This document shows positions 1 to 9,041 of a stretch of DNA of 64,000 nucleotides, in pieces. Under the pieces are notes generated by a model, which was given only the letters and a program-made list of their open reading frames with translations, was not told the origin of the DNA and did no database searches. Within the stretch, counting starts at the first letter, position 1, and every line of letters begins with the position of its first letter. This stretch comes from an uncultured Alphaproteobacteria bacterium (GTDB lineage Bacteria > Pseudomonadota > Alphaproteobacteria > RF32 > CAG-239). Made by a program: the position numbers and the translations under genes. The DNA lies in NCBI GenBank assembly GCA_944391315.1, contig CALXTD010000001.1, positions 14,888-78,887 of the forward strand. The letters are read 5' to 3'.

Positions 1-1
1 G

Positions 2-1120
2 ACCGTTGAAGCTGATACCAACTCTGGTAACTTCGGTAAACTCATGTCTTGGGTTGATGAAATCCGCACTATGGAAGTTCGCGCTAATGCTGAAACTCCG
101 AAAGATGCTAAGCAAGCTCGTGACTTCGGTGCTCAGGGTATTGGTTTGGCTCGTACCGAACACATGTTCTTTGATGCTAACCGTATTTCTGATATGCGCG
201 CTATGATCCTTTCTGACAATGAAGAAGGTCGTCGTGCCGCTTTGGCTCGCTTGTTGCCTTATCAGAAGCAGGACTTCAAAGATTTGTTCAAAATTATGGA
301 CGGTCTGCCGGTTAACGTTCGTTTGCTCGACCCGCCTCTTCACGAGTTCTTGCCGCACACTGATGCTGAAATGCTCGAACTCGCTAACAAGATGGGCATG
401 ACTCTCGAAAAAGTTAAACAGCGCGCTAATGCTTTGCACGAAGCTAACCCGATGCTTGGTCACCGTGGTTGCCGTTTGCCGATTACCTATCCGGAAATCT
501 GTGAAATGCAAACTCGCGCTATCTTGGAAGCTGCTTTGGAATGCCAAGATGAAGGTATTAAAGTTTTGCCGGAAATCGAAGTTCCTTTGACTGGTTCTAA
601 GAAAGAGCTCGATATTGTTAAAAACATTATTGATACAACCGCTGAAAAAGTCTTCGCCGAGAAAGGTAAGAAGATTAAGTATGAAGTCGGTTCAATGATT
701 GAGTTGCCGCGCGCTGCTTTGCGTGCTGACGAATTGGCTCAGTCTGCTGAATTCTTCGGATTTGGTACAAACGACTTGACCCAAACAACTTTGGGTATGA
801 GCCGTGATGATACCGGTGCTATTCTTGACGAATATCGCGCTCGTGGTGTTTATGTTGCTGATCCGTTTGCATCTATCGATGTTGATGGTGTTGGTATGCT
901 TGTTAAGATGGCTTGCGAAAAAGCTCGCAGCACCAACCCGACCATTACGCTTGGCGTATGTGGTGAACACGGTGGTGATCCGGCATCTATCGACTTCTTC
1001 CAGACTTGTGACATGAACTATGTTTCATGCTCTCCGTTCCGTGTACCGGTTGCTCGTTTGGCAGCAGCTCAAGCAGCGGTTAAGTATGGAAAGACTAAGG
1101 CGTCTAAGAAGGCCGCATAA
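2..1120 (+). CDS. ppdK: Pyruvate phosphate dikinase, C-terminal (PEP-utilising TIM-barrel) part; 5' end lies outside the window
   Basis: The ORF runs in from the window edge; the translation (GIGLARTEHMFF, PEP-utilizing domain, C-terminal KYGKTKASKKAA) is typical of PPDK. Confidence 0.9.
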   Translation, partial: TVEADTNSGNFGKLMSWVDEIRTMEVRANAETPKDAKQARDFGAQGIGLARTEHMFFDANRISDMRAMILSDNEEGRRAALARLLPYQKQDFKDLFKIMDGLPVNVRLLDPPLHEFLPHTDAEMLELANKMGMTLEKVKQRANALHEANPMLGHRGCRLPITYPEICEMQTRAILEAALECQDEGIKVLPEIEVPLTGSKKELDIVKNIIDTTAEKVFAEKGKKIKYEVGSMIELPRAALRADELAQSAEFFGFGTNDLTQTTLGMSRDDTGAILDEYRARGVYVADPFASIDVDGVGMLVKMACEKARSTNPTITLGVCGEHGGDPASIDFFQTCDMNYVSCSPFRVPVARLAAAQAAVKYGKTKASKKAA

Positions 1121-1123
1121 TTA

Positions 1124-1286
1124 AACTGTGTATAACGGGCGACTAATACAGATTTTGCGGATAGGAAAAATGCTCACCTACTTCTATGTAGGCTCCGCTT
1201 TTTCCTTCCTGAAATCTTATTATTCGCCTCGTTCTCCACAGTTTAAGTTAAACTGTGTATAACAAGCACATCTAGAGGCATTTTAC
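1124..1286. repeat. Structured intergenic repeat element, copy A (conserved flanks plus a variable hairpin), followed by a long hairpin/T-run at 1275-1370
   Basis: Conserved blocks gtataacgggcgactaatacagattttgcgg ... cttaaatcttattattcg ... aactgtgtataaca.gcacatctagaggcatttta are shared with 26684-26978. Confidence 0.6.
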
Positions 1287-1500
1287 GCTGTCTCGAAAAA
1301 TTCACGTACTGTTTTTGTATGCTAAAATTTTTCCCACAGCGAGAAATGCCTCTATTTTTTGTGTTTTTGTTAATGTAGGTTGATATAAAGGCCAATTAGG
1401 AGAGCGAGAGATATTCTTTAATAACTTGACAAATATTTTAAAAACGTTACTTTAGCTTTTGTTTTTAATTCTTATTATGTTTAATTAAATACTTACAATT

Positions 1501-2100
1501 ATGATGAATTTACCAAGTTTTGAAGAGGTTTATATTTGCTCACAAATGCAAGTGGACCGTTATCATGAGTTATTGCAAGAAGGTGAAAATGTTTCTGATG
1601 ATGAGGTTGGTGTTTTAGAAGATGCTTATGAGTCTCATCGGCAAGTTTTGGAGCTTTTGCAAAAAATGTTTGAAGAGAGTTTTCCTAACATTAAGGTTAT
1701 GTTGTCGGGGGCTTTGTCTTATAACCAGTTTTCGGCTTATTGGGGATTGTTGCTCAAATATCCGGAGCTTTGTAGAGGCATTGAATGGAAAATTTTTACG
1801 GCTTTTTCTGAGGTGGCGCGCAAGATTCAATACAAATCACCGCAAGAGGCTTTTAGAAAGTGTTTGCCTGAAATTTCTGCCTTGTTTGCGACGCCGGTGA
1901 TGGTGGCTTATGTGTGGGAACGCTGCAATCAGTCAACCAGTTTGATTTTTGCGTTTTTGCGTTGGCTTTCTTCGGATTTGTTTTCGGCTGAGATTGGGGC
2001 AAATCTGGAGAAATTTTATAAGGCAATTCTTGATTATTCCAAGGGAAAAGAATGGACTGAAAATCAAAAATTGTTGGTTGAGATGTTGAAATCTCATTAA
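1501..2100 (+). CDS. Hypothetical protein (orphan cassette)
   Basis: 199-aa ORF; AT-rich upstream region with TTGACA at 1426; stop followed by a hairpin and T-run at 2101-2145. No recognisable motif. Confidence 0.5.
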   Translation: MMNLPSFEEVYICSQMQVDRYHELLQEGENVSDDEVGVLEDAYESHRQVLELLQKMFEESFPNIKVMLSGALSYNQFSAYWGLLLKYPELCRGIEWKIFTAFSEVARKIQYKSPQEAFRKCLPEISALFATPVMVAYVWERCNQSTSLIFAFLRWLSSDLFSAEIGANLEKFYKAILDYSKGKEWTENQKLLVEMLKSH

Positions 2101-2143
2101 AACACAAAAAACTGCCGGCTTTATGCGGGCAGTTTTTTGTGTT

Positions 2144-2698
2144 TTAAAACTCGGTAAACAAAACAGGGCGGACATCATTTAATGCCGTTTGTTCTGCATA
2201 GCGAATTCCATGAGTTGAATAGCAGCAGACGCAGTCTTCGCAAGGGGAGGTGGCTGATACAATGCTTTTTATCAGCGGTGCTTTAATCTTTTCAAGACTT
2301 TGGTTGACCTCTTTGATGTTGCGAAAAATGGCGATTGTTTCCTCAATGGAGGGTAAGAAGGCTTGTCCTGCTTTAATGCCGTTTTGATGGTAATTAAAAC
2401 AATAAGACGCTGCTTCGACTCTTCCGGAGTGTTTCTCTGCTTGTTCGAGCAACATTTGGGTGGCTTCTTTGCCTGATAGATTTTGTGGAATTACTAAGCG
2501 TAAGTTGTTTGAAGCCCAAGGAAGCCTGTGTTGGTCAAGGCAAAATGACCAAAATCCTTTGCTCTCCACCAGTGCTACTATTGCAGAAATTTCTTGGTCT
2601 TCTTTTTGCTCAAAAGAAGTGCTTCCGTCGCTGTAATAAAACATTCCTGCGGCAATCTTGCGGCTGGGGTCATCTGTTTGTAAAATTGTTTTATCCAT
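2144..2698 (-). CDS. Hypothetical cytoplasmic protein with a possible distant DUF1566-like C-terminal core (HRLPW ... YSTHG ... VRPVLF)
   Basis: 184-aa ORF with no signal peptide. Weak motif resemblance to the W-x-LP / WSS / VRxV core of the secreted family elsewhere in this window. Confidence 0.55.
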   Translation of the reverse strand: MDKTILQTDDPSRKIAAGMFYYSDGSTSFEQKEDQEISAIVALVESKGFWSFCLDQHRLPWASNNLRLVIPQNLSGKEATQMLLEQAEKHSGRVEAASYCFNYHQNGIKAGQAFLPSIEETIAIFRNIKEVNQSLEKIKAPLIKSIVSATSPCEDCVCCYSTHGIRYAEQTALNDVRPVLFTEF

Positions 2699-2832
2699 AA
2701 TCTATAACTTAATAATAATAAACTTTTAGCTTTATAAAAGAGAGGTGTTTTTTTGTCAAGAAAAAGAATTAAAAAAACAAAAAAATGGTATTGACATTGA
2801 TGATGGAATCATGTATATAAGTCTCAACAAAT

Positions 2833-2906
2833 TGCTTCATCGTCTAATGGTAGGACAGCGGACTCTGACTCCGTTAATCGTGGTTCGAATCCATGTGAAG
2901 CAGCCA
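2833..2906 (+). tRNA. tRNA-Gln (anticodon CUG)
   Basis: Cloverleaf folded by hand. Acceptor stem UGCUUCA/UGAAGCA, D-loop AAUGGUAGGACA, anticodon stem GCGGA/UCCGU with loop CUCUGAC, T-loop GGUUCGAAUCC, discriminator G and encoded CCA. Confidence 0.85.
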
Positions 2907-2917
2907 AGTTATGTAGA

Positions 2918-2955
2918 GGTTGGATTTTACGGTCTAACCTCTTTTTTTTAGGTTA
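2918..2955 (+). terminator. Intrinsic terminator after tRNA-Gln
   Basis: Stem agaggttgg / ctaacctct followed by a run of eight T. Confidence 0.45.
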
Positions 2956-3081
2956 TTAAGTGTTGTCAGTTGTTTTTTTGTGCTTTTCAATTAATCATTA
3001 TAATTGAATCATTTTGTTGTTAATGAAATGGTAATTGTTGAATATGAATAATTACTATATTATTATTTTTTTACTAAAGTA

Positions 3082-6000
3082 ATGTTTAAATTTCAATGTT
3101 GTTGCGAGGGAAGCATGTCAAAAACTATTGAAGAATTGAAAAGAATTTGGCTGCAAGATAATAAAGCCTTTAAAACTAAAGAACTTGGTGGATTACAAAC
3201 ATTTATTACTGATATTTTCAAATGTCCTCAATTATTTAATCTTAAACAAGGATATGAAAGTACGTCTGATAAAGATAGAAAAAATGAATTTACAATTGAG
3301 AAAAATAAAAATAAACGAAGAGCTGACATTGTTATTTTTATAAAAGGTAATGATATTGTTATTCCTGTTGAAGTTGAAAGATATGGAAATATTGGGGCTG
3401 GTGTTTCACAACTTATTGATTATCAAAACGATTATCAAAAATCCTATGGTATTCTGACGGATGGTTATTCTTGGAGATTTTATAATAATACAGTTTATAA
3501 AGTATTTACATTGGATGAAATACTTGAAAAATTTGATGTATTTGAGACGTTTTGGAGAGATTATATTACTGAGGAAAATTATTATCTTAATTTTTTTTGT
3601 GGAGGAGATGGCCAATCAACTATAGAGGAAAGTTTAAAAGTTGAAGAAAATAAAGAATTATTTTTTGAAGATATAACTAATCTAATTCAAAAATTTAAAA
3701 ATAAATTAGATATAGTTGGGTACTTATGCGAAAAAGGGACCGTTGATAGTAATAAAAAAGCTACTGAAATTGCTTATGCATATTTCATACAATTTATTCT
3801 TTACAAAAATTTAGTTGATAATTGCTATTCAACTTTCCATGAAGAATTTACGAAAAGAATGCATAATATATATAAAGGTTTAAAAGCAGGATTATACAGA
3901 ACTGTTTCATTAGAAGTATTTTCAATTTCAGGATTTATTTCTGATAAGTTATATAAGCCTTTTAGTAAAGAACAAGAATATATTAATAAAAAATTAAATG
4001 AAGTTATCAGAAAGCCTGAAGTATTGTTAGACGAGGTTACATTATGGTTAGATATAATTGTTTTTATTAAAAAATACAATTTTGCAAATATGAAAAATGA
4101 AATTTTTGGCTATATATATGAAAATTATCTTAAAGAATTATATTCGGAGGAAAATAAAGGTCAATATTTTACCGATCCGGCAATTGTTAACTTCATGCTT
4201 GATGAAGTTGGTTATACAATAAAAAACATTAAGAAGTTGCATAAAAAGGGAGCGTTGTCAATTATAGATCCTTCGTGTGGAAGTGGAACTTTTTTATATA
4301 GTGTAGTAGATAGAATTGTTACGGCCTTGTTTGATGGAACAGAACCAAGTGCTGAGGTAGTTGAAAAAATTGTCAATGATAATGTTTTTGGTCTAGATAT
4401 AGAAGAATTTCCTTTATATCTTGCTGAAATGAATATCTTAATGAGAATGCTTCCAATTATCATTAATAAAGATTACACAAATCCGATTGATAAAAAAATT
4501 AAAGTATTTAAAACTCAAGATAGTATTTCAGAATTTATAGATGCGGGAATAAGTGGGCAGATTGATGCAGGTCTAGATGAGAATACAGGACAATATTCTT
4601 TATTTAATCCATCTATTTTGGAACTTTCTTATAAAAGTTATATTCGAGATGAAGACGATTTGAAAGAAATGAAACAAAGTATACGTCCGCCAAGAAAAAG
4701 ATTCGATTTTGTGGTAGGGAATCCTCCATACATTGGATATAATGAATGTTGTAAACAGAAAGTTTTGTTTACTCAATTAGATAATATTCGCATGGATAAT
4801 ATTTATGGTGTAAATTTAAATACAGTTCCTGGGTATAAAAAGTCTTATTCTCCTAAACCTAATTTATTTGCCTTTTTTATTGCCCTTGGAGGAGGATTGT
4901 TAAAAATAAAGGGTAAATTATGCTATATTATACCGCAAACAGTTTTGACAGCTCAAGATCTTGATGTTTTAAGATATTATTTATCTAATAATGTAACGCT
5001 TGAAAAGATTTTAACCTTTAGCGGAAAATTATTTATAGGAAGAGGTATAAAAGGAAAAAATCCGATTGCAACATCTAGTCTTATTTTTATTATCAATAAA
5101 ACAACTCCTAAAAATGGTAATATAGTTAAAGTAATTAATTATACGAAGCATGATACATCTGATTTAAGTAAAATTTTGAACTCTCGTAAAAATAAAATTG
5201 TGAAAGAGATTTTACAGAAAGACTTACTGAATAACATAGAAAATTGGAATTTTTTAACTAAAACTAAAGAAGAAATTTTTTTAATAAAAAACTATATTCA
5301 AAATTCAATGTCTATAGAAGAGTTTAGAAGGACATTACCTAATTATGATTTTATACAATTTGATAAAGGTGTAGTATTTGATAAGAAAAAGATTGATCTT
5401 GAGGAAAAGGATTGGAAAATAATAAAAAAAATAAAAGGATATACTAAGTTAGGTACAAGTGGATATCTTGAAGATAAAGAAATAAGATATCCAGAGGGGG
5501 CTCAAGGTAAAAATATTTTTTTAAATAAATATAAAATTGTGTGGAGATATATGAATCCAGACGGTTTTTATTTTTCCGATGAAAATATAATGATAGATTT
5601 TAATTATGTGATAATATCATCTAATGATAAAAAAGAAATTTTGATGTTATTGTCTTTACTTAATTCAAAATTATCTAATTTTATATTTTATTTTTATTTA
5701 AAACTAGCTAACGAAAAAGATATGTTGTGCGGAATTAAGTCAATAAAACAATTTATTCGGGTTCCAAAAATAACGGAAAATAATAAATATTTAAAAGAAG
5801 AAATAGTAATTCAAACGCAAAAGATGTTAGATTTAGAGAATAAAAAGTTATCTGATTTTGTAGATTTTACAGATATTACGATGCAGAAATTTGATAAGGT
5901 GTCTTTTGATAATAATTCTTTTATCCTTACAAAAAATGACGAAAAATATAAATTAAAAATTAGAAATTTACAAAAGCTCTCCGTTATAAAAGAGAATTTT

Positions 6001-6219
6001 GAAATAAAAAAGTTAAAAGTAGAAAATATGAACTTACTTGAATTAAAAAACATGAGTATTTTAGATAAAGATGAAAAGAATAAAATAAAAGATTATATTG
6101 ATGATTTAATATTTGCTTTATATTTTGATATATCTTTAGATGGTTTAGATTATAAGAACTCTATGGATCTTAAGAAGCGTTGTGTTAAAAATAAATTTTA
6201 TAGTAATATTAATCTATAA
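3082..6219 (+). CDS. Single-chain restriction-modification-like enzyme (MmeI-like Type IIG/IIL architecture): HsdR_N/Mrr-like N-terminal nuclease-fold domain, gamma-class N6-adenine methyltransferase domain, C-terminal specificity domain. The likely true start is the ATG at 3116.
   Basis: N-terminus RRADIVIFIKGNDIVIPVEVERYGN ... ILTDGYSWRFY fits the HsdR_N PD-(D/E)xK pattern; motif I IIDPSCGSGTFLYS; motif IV FDFVVGNPPYIGY; ~500 aa beyond motif IV. GC is very low (~25-27%) against ~40-45% in the flanks. Confidence 0.75.
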   Translation: MFKFQCCCEGSMSKTIEELKRIWLQDNKAFKTKELGGLQTFITDIFKCPQLFNLKQGYESTSDKDRKNEFTIEKNKNKRRADIVIFIKGNDIVIPVEVERYGNIGAGVSQLIDYQNDYQKSYGILTDGYSWRFYNNTVYKVFTLDEILEKFDVFETFWRDYITEENYYLNFFCGGDGQSTIEESLKVEENKELFFEDITNLIQKFKNKLDIVGYLCEKGTVDSNKKATEIAYAYFIQFILYKNLVDNCYSTFHEEFTKRMHNIYKGLKAGLYRTVSLEVFSISGFISDKLYKPFSKEQEYINKKLNEVIRKPEVLLDEVTLWLDIIVFIKKYNFANMKNEIFGYIYENYLKELYSEENKGQYFTDPAIVNFMLDEVGYTIKNIKKLHKKGALSIIDPSCGSGTFLYSVVDRIVTALFDGTEPSAEVVEKIVNDNVFGLDIEEFPLYLAEMNILMRMLPIIINKDYTNPIDKKIKVFKTQDSISEFIDAGISGQIDAGLDENTGQYSLFNPSILELSYKSYIRDEDDLKEMKQSIRPPRKRFDFVVGNPPYIGYNECCKQKVLFTQLDNIRMDNIYGVNLNTVPGYKKSYSPKPNLFAFFIALGGGLLKIKGKLCYIIPQTVLTAQDLDVLRYYLSNNVTLEKILTFSGKLFIGRGIKGKNPIATSSLIFIINKTTPKNGNIVKVINYTKHDTSDLSKILNSRKNKIVKEILQKDLLNNIENWNFLTKTKEEIFLIKNYIQNSMSIEEFRRTLPNYDFIQFDKGVVFDKKKIDLEEKDWKIIKKIKGYTKLGTSGYLEDKEIRYPEGAQGKNIFLNKYKIVWRYMNPDGFYFSDENIMIDFNYVIISSNDKKEILMLLSLLNSKLSNFIFYFYLKLANEKDMLCGIKSIKQFIRVPKITENNKYLKEEIVIQTQKMLDLENKKLSDFVDFTDITMQKFDKVSFDNNSFILTKNDEKYKLKIRNLQKLSVIKENFEIKKLKVENMNLLELKNMSILDKDEKNKIKDYIDDLIFALYFDISLDGLDYKNSMDLKKRCVKNKFYSNINL

Positions 6220-6323
6220 ATTTAATATTATAATTTTTTCAATAGTTTTATTTCAGATTGCTTAAACGGTAAAGTTAAGCATTTTTATATTTGAGTTTTG
6301 TCTGATAAGTTCAGCCAAGTTTT

Positions 6324-6349
6324 AACCGCCGATTACGGCGGTTTTTTTG
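6324..6349 (+). terminator. Intrinsic terminator downstream of the RM-like gene
   Basis: Stem aaccgccg / cggcggtt followed by a T-run. Confidence 0.4.
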
Positions 6350-6427
6350 TGTTAAAAATATGGCAAAAAAGCTTAACAAATTTTGCCGGCGGTTTTAATA
6401 TATCAGCAAATAAAATAAGGATGAAAT

Positions 6428-7780
6428 ATGGAAGATTTATTTGCAGCAATGGCAAAACCGCAACCGGTTGCGGCAGAAGCTCCTGATGGGCTGAAAGAAT
6501 ATAGTGTTACCGAGATTTCGGCAGAGATTAAGCGCTGTGTTGAAACGCGGTTTAATCGGATTAAGGTTAAAGGTGAGATTTTTGGTTGCAAGCGTGCTGA
6601 TTCCGGTCATTATTACCTTTCTTTGAAAGATGAAAATGCGGTTATTTCTGCCGTGTGTTGGCGTGGGGTGGCTTCTGGTTTAAAATTTAAACCTGAAGAC
6701 GGACTTGAGGTTGTTGCGGTTGGTAAGATTACGACTTTTGCCGGAAAGTCGTCTTATCAATTGGTGATCGATCAGCTTGAAATTTCCGGTACCGGCGCTT
6801 TGTTAAAACTGTTGGAAGAGCGTAAAAAGCAGTTTGCCGCCGAGGGGCTTTTTGATCAGACTCATAAAAAGAAAATTCCTTATTTGCCACAGACAATCGG
6901 TGTGGTTACTTCTGCCAGCGGTGCGGTTATTCGTGATATTATTCATCGTGTGCGGGATCGCTTTCCTTCACATATTTTGTTGTGGCCGACGCCGGTGCAA
7001 GGAGAAGGAGCTGCTGAAAAAGTGGCGGCTGCCGTTAAAGGATTTAATGCTCTTTCTAAAGGCGGAAAAATTGCTCGTCCGGATGTGATTATTGTAGCGC
7101 GTGGCGGTGGTAGTCTTGAAGATTTGTGGCCTTTTAACGAAGAAGTTGTTATTCGTGCCGTTTATGATTCTGAGATTCCGATTATTTCTGCGGTGGGTCA
7201 TGAGACGGATACGATGTTGATTGATTATGTGGCTGATGTGCGGGCACCAACTCCGACCGGTGCGGCTGAGTTTGCGGTTCCCGTGAAGGCGGAGCTTGAG
7301 GCAAGTTTGGCAACTTCTCAGGCCAGATTAGTCAATGCTTTGCATCGCTATCTGATTAATTATAAAACTATTATTGATGGATTGGGACGTGGTATTCCTA
7401 ATCTTAATCAGATTTTGCAAGACTATTATCAGCGGCTTGATGATCGTACAGAGCGGCTCAAGCTTTCTATCAGAAATGTGATGCAGCAAAAAAACAATAC
7501 TTTGCAGATGGTGCCGCTTAAAGCTTATTACATCATGAACCTATTTGAAAAAAATCAAGAAAATTTAAAGAATTTGATGTTAAGACTTGAATCAGTTTCA
7601 GTCGAATCTGTGCTGCGGCGCGGGTTTGCCTGGGTGAAGGACAGCAAGCAAAAAACGGTTTATTCAACTGATCAGGCAAAAGCCAGCAGTGTGTTGGAAA
7701 TTCGTTTTGCAGACGGAGCCATTAAAACAAAACCAGTGGTGAAAAAGAATGAATTACAAGGCGATTTATTTGATTGTTAG
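6428..7780 (+). CDS. xseA: Exodeoxyribonuclease VII large subunit
   Basis: OB-fold N-terminus (YSVTEISAEIKRCVETRFNRIKVKGEI) and the XseA catalytic core are conserved over 450 aa. Confidence 0.9.
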   Translation: MEDLFAAMAKPQPVAAEAPDGLKEYSVTEISAEIKRCVETRFNRIKVKGEIFGCKRADSGHYYLSLKDENAVISAVCWRGVASGLKFKPEDGLEVVAVGKITTFAGKSSYQLVIDQLEISGTGALLKLLEERKKQFAAEGLFDQTHKKKIPYLPQTIGVVTSASGAVIRDIIHRVRDRFPSHILLWPTPVQGEGAAEKVAAAVKGFNALSKGGKIARPDVIIVARGGGSLEDLWPFNEEVVIRAVYDSEIPIISAVGHETDTMLIDYVADVRAPTPTGAAEFAVPVKAELEASLATSQARLVNALHRYLINYKTIIDGLGRGIPNLNQILQDYYQRLDDRTERLKLSIRNVMQQKNNTLQMVPLKAYYIMNLFEKNQENLKNLMLRLESVSVESVLRRGFAWVKDSKQKTVYSTDQAKASSVLEIRFADGAIKTKPVVKKNELQGDLFDC

Positions 7781-8606
7781 TGCATTGCTGATGAGCAATG
7801 CGGTTCAGGGGGCAGAGCCTCTTGAGTTTTGTGGAAAGCGCGTTCAGGGTGGTTTGGTCGTTGCTCATAAAGACAATGTTTATAAAGTTTTGCAAAACGG
7901 AAAAGAAGTACCGGTCAGTGAGGATGGCGACTTTTTGCTTGCCTTTGACAGAGATGCTCCTTTGCAGCAAAAAATAGTTATTTCAACAAATATTCCTGAA
8001 GAAGATTATCCGGAAGATAATTATACTTTTACCATTATTCCGACCAAGTGGGATGTGCAAAAAGTAAACGGTGTGGCTCAGAGCAAGGTGACGCCTTCGC
8101 AGCAGGACAGTGATGAGATTTTAAGAGAAAATCAGAGTGTCAGAATTGCATTGACCGAGAATAACAGTGATAAATCTTATTGGAAAAGCGGGTTTATTGA
8201 GCCGTTAGATGATTATCGAATCAGCGGGCAGTTTGGCGGACAAAGAATAATTAATAAAATTCCTAAGAGTCCGCATCGTGGTATGGACATGGCTGCTCCA
8301 GAAGGTACAGAGATTAAAGCTGCTGCTGATGGTGTGGTTAAGCTGAGCGGCGGTGATTTTTTCTATAGCGGAAATATGGTTATTATCGACCATGGACAAT
8401 CATTGCATACAATGTATGCGCATATGAAAGATGTGAAGGTTAAAGAAGGCGATTTTGTAAAGCAGGGCGAGGTTATCGGAACTGTCGGAAAAACAGGTCG
8501 TGCAACCGGTCCTCATCTTCATTGGGGCGCATCCTTTAATAATGTTCGTTTTAATCCTGAACATTTGCTTGAACTTGGCAAAAAAGAGTATTGTGAAAAA
8601 ATATAA
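7749..8606 (+). CDS. M23 family metallopeptidase with signal peptide
   Basis: Signal peptide; M23 signature HRGMDMAAPEGTEI ... GRATGPHLHWG; 32-nt overlap with xseA. Confidence 0.85.
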   Translation: MNYKAIYLIVSALLMSNAVQGAEPLEFCGKRVQGGLVVAHKDNVYKVLQNGKEVPVSEDGDFLLAFDRDAPLQQKIVISTNIPEEDYPEDNYTFTIIPTKWDVQKVNGVAQSKVTPSQQDSDEILRENQSVRIALTENNSDKSYWKSGFIEPLDDYRISGQFGGQRIINKIPKSPHRGMDMAAPEGTEIKAAADGVVKLSGGDFFYSGNMVIIDHGQSLHTMYAHMKDVKVKEGDFVKQGEVIGTVGKTGRATGPHLHWGASFNNVRFNPEHLLELGKKEYCEKI

Positions 8607-8617
8607 CAAGAGAGGAT

Positions 8618-9040
8618 ATGATGGAAGTCGTTGCCGAATCTCAATTTGATAATCTGTGCTGCCTTGTGGTTGATGATGATAAGTTTTCACGGTCTTTTAT
8701 TAAGACTGCTCTTTATCAGATTGGTATTAAGACCATCAAAGAAGCTGCTTCTGCAAGTGAAGCCGTCGAAATTTTGAGAAATTTTAATGTTAATTTGGTG
8801 TTGTTGGACCAGATTATGGAAGAAAAGACCGGTATTGAATTTGCGTCAGAAATACGTGGAGGAAAAATTTCAGACAATAAGGATATTCCTATCGTTATGA
8901 TTACGGTTGATAATCACGAAAAAACAGTTCTTGCAGCCAGAAATTTGGGGATTAAAGAATATTTGATAAAGCCGATTTCTCCTCAGGCACTGAAAAAAAG
9001 AATTATAAATACTTTAGAACAGAAAACGGACGGACAATAA
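8618..9040 (+). CDS. Single-domain response regulator (CheY-like receiver)
   Basis: LVVDDD ... KTIKEAAS ... phospho-acceptor context; RBS gagagga upstream. Confidence 0.8.
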   Translation: MMEVVAESQFDNLCCLVVDDDKFSRSFIKTALYQIGIKTIKEAASASEAVEILRNFNVNLVLLDQIMEEKTGIEFASEIRGGKISDNKDIPIVMITVDNHEKTVLAARNLGIKEYLIKPISPQALKKRIINTLEQKTDGQ

Positions 9041-9041
9041 A

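Noticed and set aside
6403-6591. 62-aa minus-strand ORF overlapping the xseA start
   Set aside because: Overlaps the xseA N-terminus, which has a good RBS and conserved sequence; a shadow ORF.
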